From Microbacterium sp. (GTDB taxonomy: Bacteria; Actinomycetota; Actinomycetes; Actinomycetales; Microbacteriaceae), in NCBI RefSeq assembly GCF_036823965.1, contig NZ_DAITBE010000012.1:18522-82521 (forward strand): DNA of 64,000 nt, written 5' to 3'. The stretch's first letter is position 1. Every line of letters begins with the position of its first letter. Of the stretch, positions 62,830 to 64,000 are shown one piece after another. The translations under genes were made by a program, and so were the position numbers. Under the pieces are notes generated by a model, which had not been told where the DNA came from, did not search any database, and saw only the letters and a list, made by a program, of their open reading frames with translations.

Positions 62830-64000
62830 TCAGGCCTGGAACACGGTGCGCCCGCCGATCACCGTCCGCACGACGCGGGCGGTGAGCAGCACGCCGGGGT
62901 CGGCGTCGAACGGATCCGCGTCGAGCACGGCGAAGTCGGCCGCAGAGCCGGGTGCGATCCGTCCGAGCCACGAGCCGTCGCCGATGGAGGCGGCGGCATC
63001 CGCGGTCGCGTGCGTGATCGCGCGCTCCAGCGGCAGCGCGAACTGCGGATGCACGGCCGGTACCGCCGGGTCGAGCGCGGAGGCTCTGGTCGTGGCCACG
63101 TACATGTTCGCGAGCGCCTCGAGCGGTGCCGTCGGAGCATCCGTCGAGAAGGCGAGCAGCGCGCCGGCATCCTCGTACTCCGGCCACGCGAACGCCCGCT
63201 GCGTGCGCTCGTCACCGCCGAGCTGCGCCGCCCAGTTCGCGAAGATCGCAGGGTCCGCATGCACGGGCTGCATCGACGCCGTCACACCGAGTCGCGCCAT
63301 CCGCTCGGCGGTGCCCGGGGCGGCGTACTCCAGGTGCTCGATCCGGTGCCGTCGAGGCAGGTCGCCGTTGACCGCGATCGCGTGCTCGATCGCATCGAGC
63401 GCGAGGCTGCTCGCCGAGTCGCCGATCGCGTGCATCGCGATCTGCAGCCCAGCAGCGTCGGCGGCCGCGACCACCGGCAGCAGCCGCTCGGCCGGCCAGA
63501 TCGGTTCGGCGTTCGAGCCGTTCGCGTAGGGGGCGCCCATCGCGGCGGTGCAGGCGTCGATCGTGCCGTCGAGCACGAGCTTGATGCCGATGACCCGCAC
63601 CCCGTCGGTCTGCGCACCCGCACGGGCAGCGGCGACCTCGACCTGCGCGAGGTTGTCCGCATCGTCGCCGGTGTTGGCCACGAACCAGTGCGCGGCGATC
63701 CGCAACGGCAGCGCATCGCGGCGTGCCGCGCGCTCGAGCGCCGCGAGTCCCAGCTCGTCGAAGGCCATGTCCACAGCCCCCGTGACGCCGGCGGCGAGGT
63801 ACGATGCCACCACCCGCTCGACGCCCTCGTCACGCTGCGCGTCGGTCGCCGTCGCATCGCGGTGCGCCCAGGCGAACTGCTGCGCGGCGGTCTCGGTGAG
63901 CAGTCCGGTGGGCTCGCCGTCGGCATCCCGCTCGATGCGACCGCCGATCGGGTCCGGGGTCTCGCGAGTGATGCCGAGCTCGCTGAGGGCTGCGGTGTTG
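62830..64000 (-). CDS. amidohydrolase family (Amidohydro_3/YtcJ-like metal-dependent hydrolase), C-terminal part; the 5' end lies beyond the window
   Basis: The track ORF 62830..63813 frame stays open upstream to the window edge (...GITRETPDPIGGRIERDADGEPTGLLTETAAQQF...). Motifs VIGIKLVLDGT, IAMHAIGD, HRIEHLEY and FSTDAP. Confidence 0.8.
   Translation of the reverse strand, partial: NTAALSELGITRETPDPIGGRIERDADGEPTGLLTETAAQQFAWAHRDATATDAQRDEGVERVVASYLAAGVTGAVDMAFDELGLAALERAARRDALPLRIAAHWFVANTGDDADNLAQVEVAAARAGAQTDGVRVIGIKLVLDGTIDACTAAMGAPYANGSNAEPIWPAERLLPVVAAADAAGLQIAMHAIGDSASSLALDAIEHAIAVNGDLPRRHRIEHLEYAAPGTAERMARLGVTASMQPVHADPAIFANWAAQLGGDERTQRAFAWPEYEDAGALLAFSTDAPTAPLEALANMYVATTRASALDPAVPAVHPQFALPLERAITHATADAAASIGDGSWLGRIAPGSAADFAVLDADPFDADPGVLLTARVVRTVIGGRTVFQA

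Overview
High-GC (about 70%) actinobacterial chromosomal segment. Gene content and the intergenic repeats suggest Microbacteriaceae, which is an inference. I count about 62 tightly packed protein-coding genes, mostly housekeeping genes or regulator/transporter pairs. They include purA, argG, nucS, cspA and a six-gene group-2 Mrp cation/proton antiporter operon. There is also a YehZYXW/OpuC-like osmoprotectant ABC importer and a seven-gene MoxR-DUF58-VWA (Bat-like) operon. A sensor cyclase is translationally coupled to a cNMP-domain MscS channel. A TetR / degenerate-ABC-ATPase / YhgE-Pip operon is followed by a penicillin-acylase-family hydrolase. One-component regulators are numerous (AraC, two ROK, GntR, PucR, TetR, LacI, MarR, HxlR). 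I found no rRNA, tRNA, CRISPR array, transposase, integrase or recognisable defence island. The most unusual content falls into four groups. (1) Several families of short GC-rich palindromic or tandem repeats fill intergenic gaps, including a 220-bp palindrome built from tandem units, and the same repeats are embedded in frame in at least two genes. (2) The cyclase-like sensor lacks both canonical metal-binding aspartates by my by-eye alignment. (3) An ABC-ATPase-like protein has lost all of its ATPase motifs and is coupled to a YhgE/Pip membrane protein. (4) A membrane-anchored protein next to nucS is built from in-frame 21-bp tandem repeats, and a 640-bp low-GC gene-free region lies upstream of cspA. 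CDS starts inside longer track ORFs were set by codon arithmetic from the ORF track. All family calls are by-eye motif recognition without database searches.
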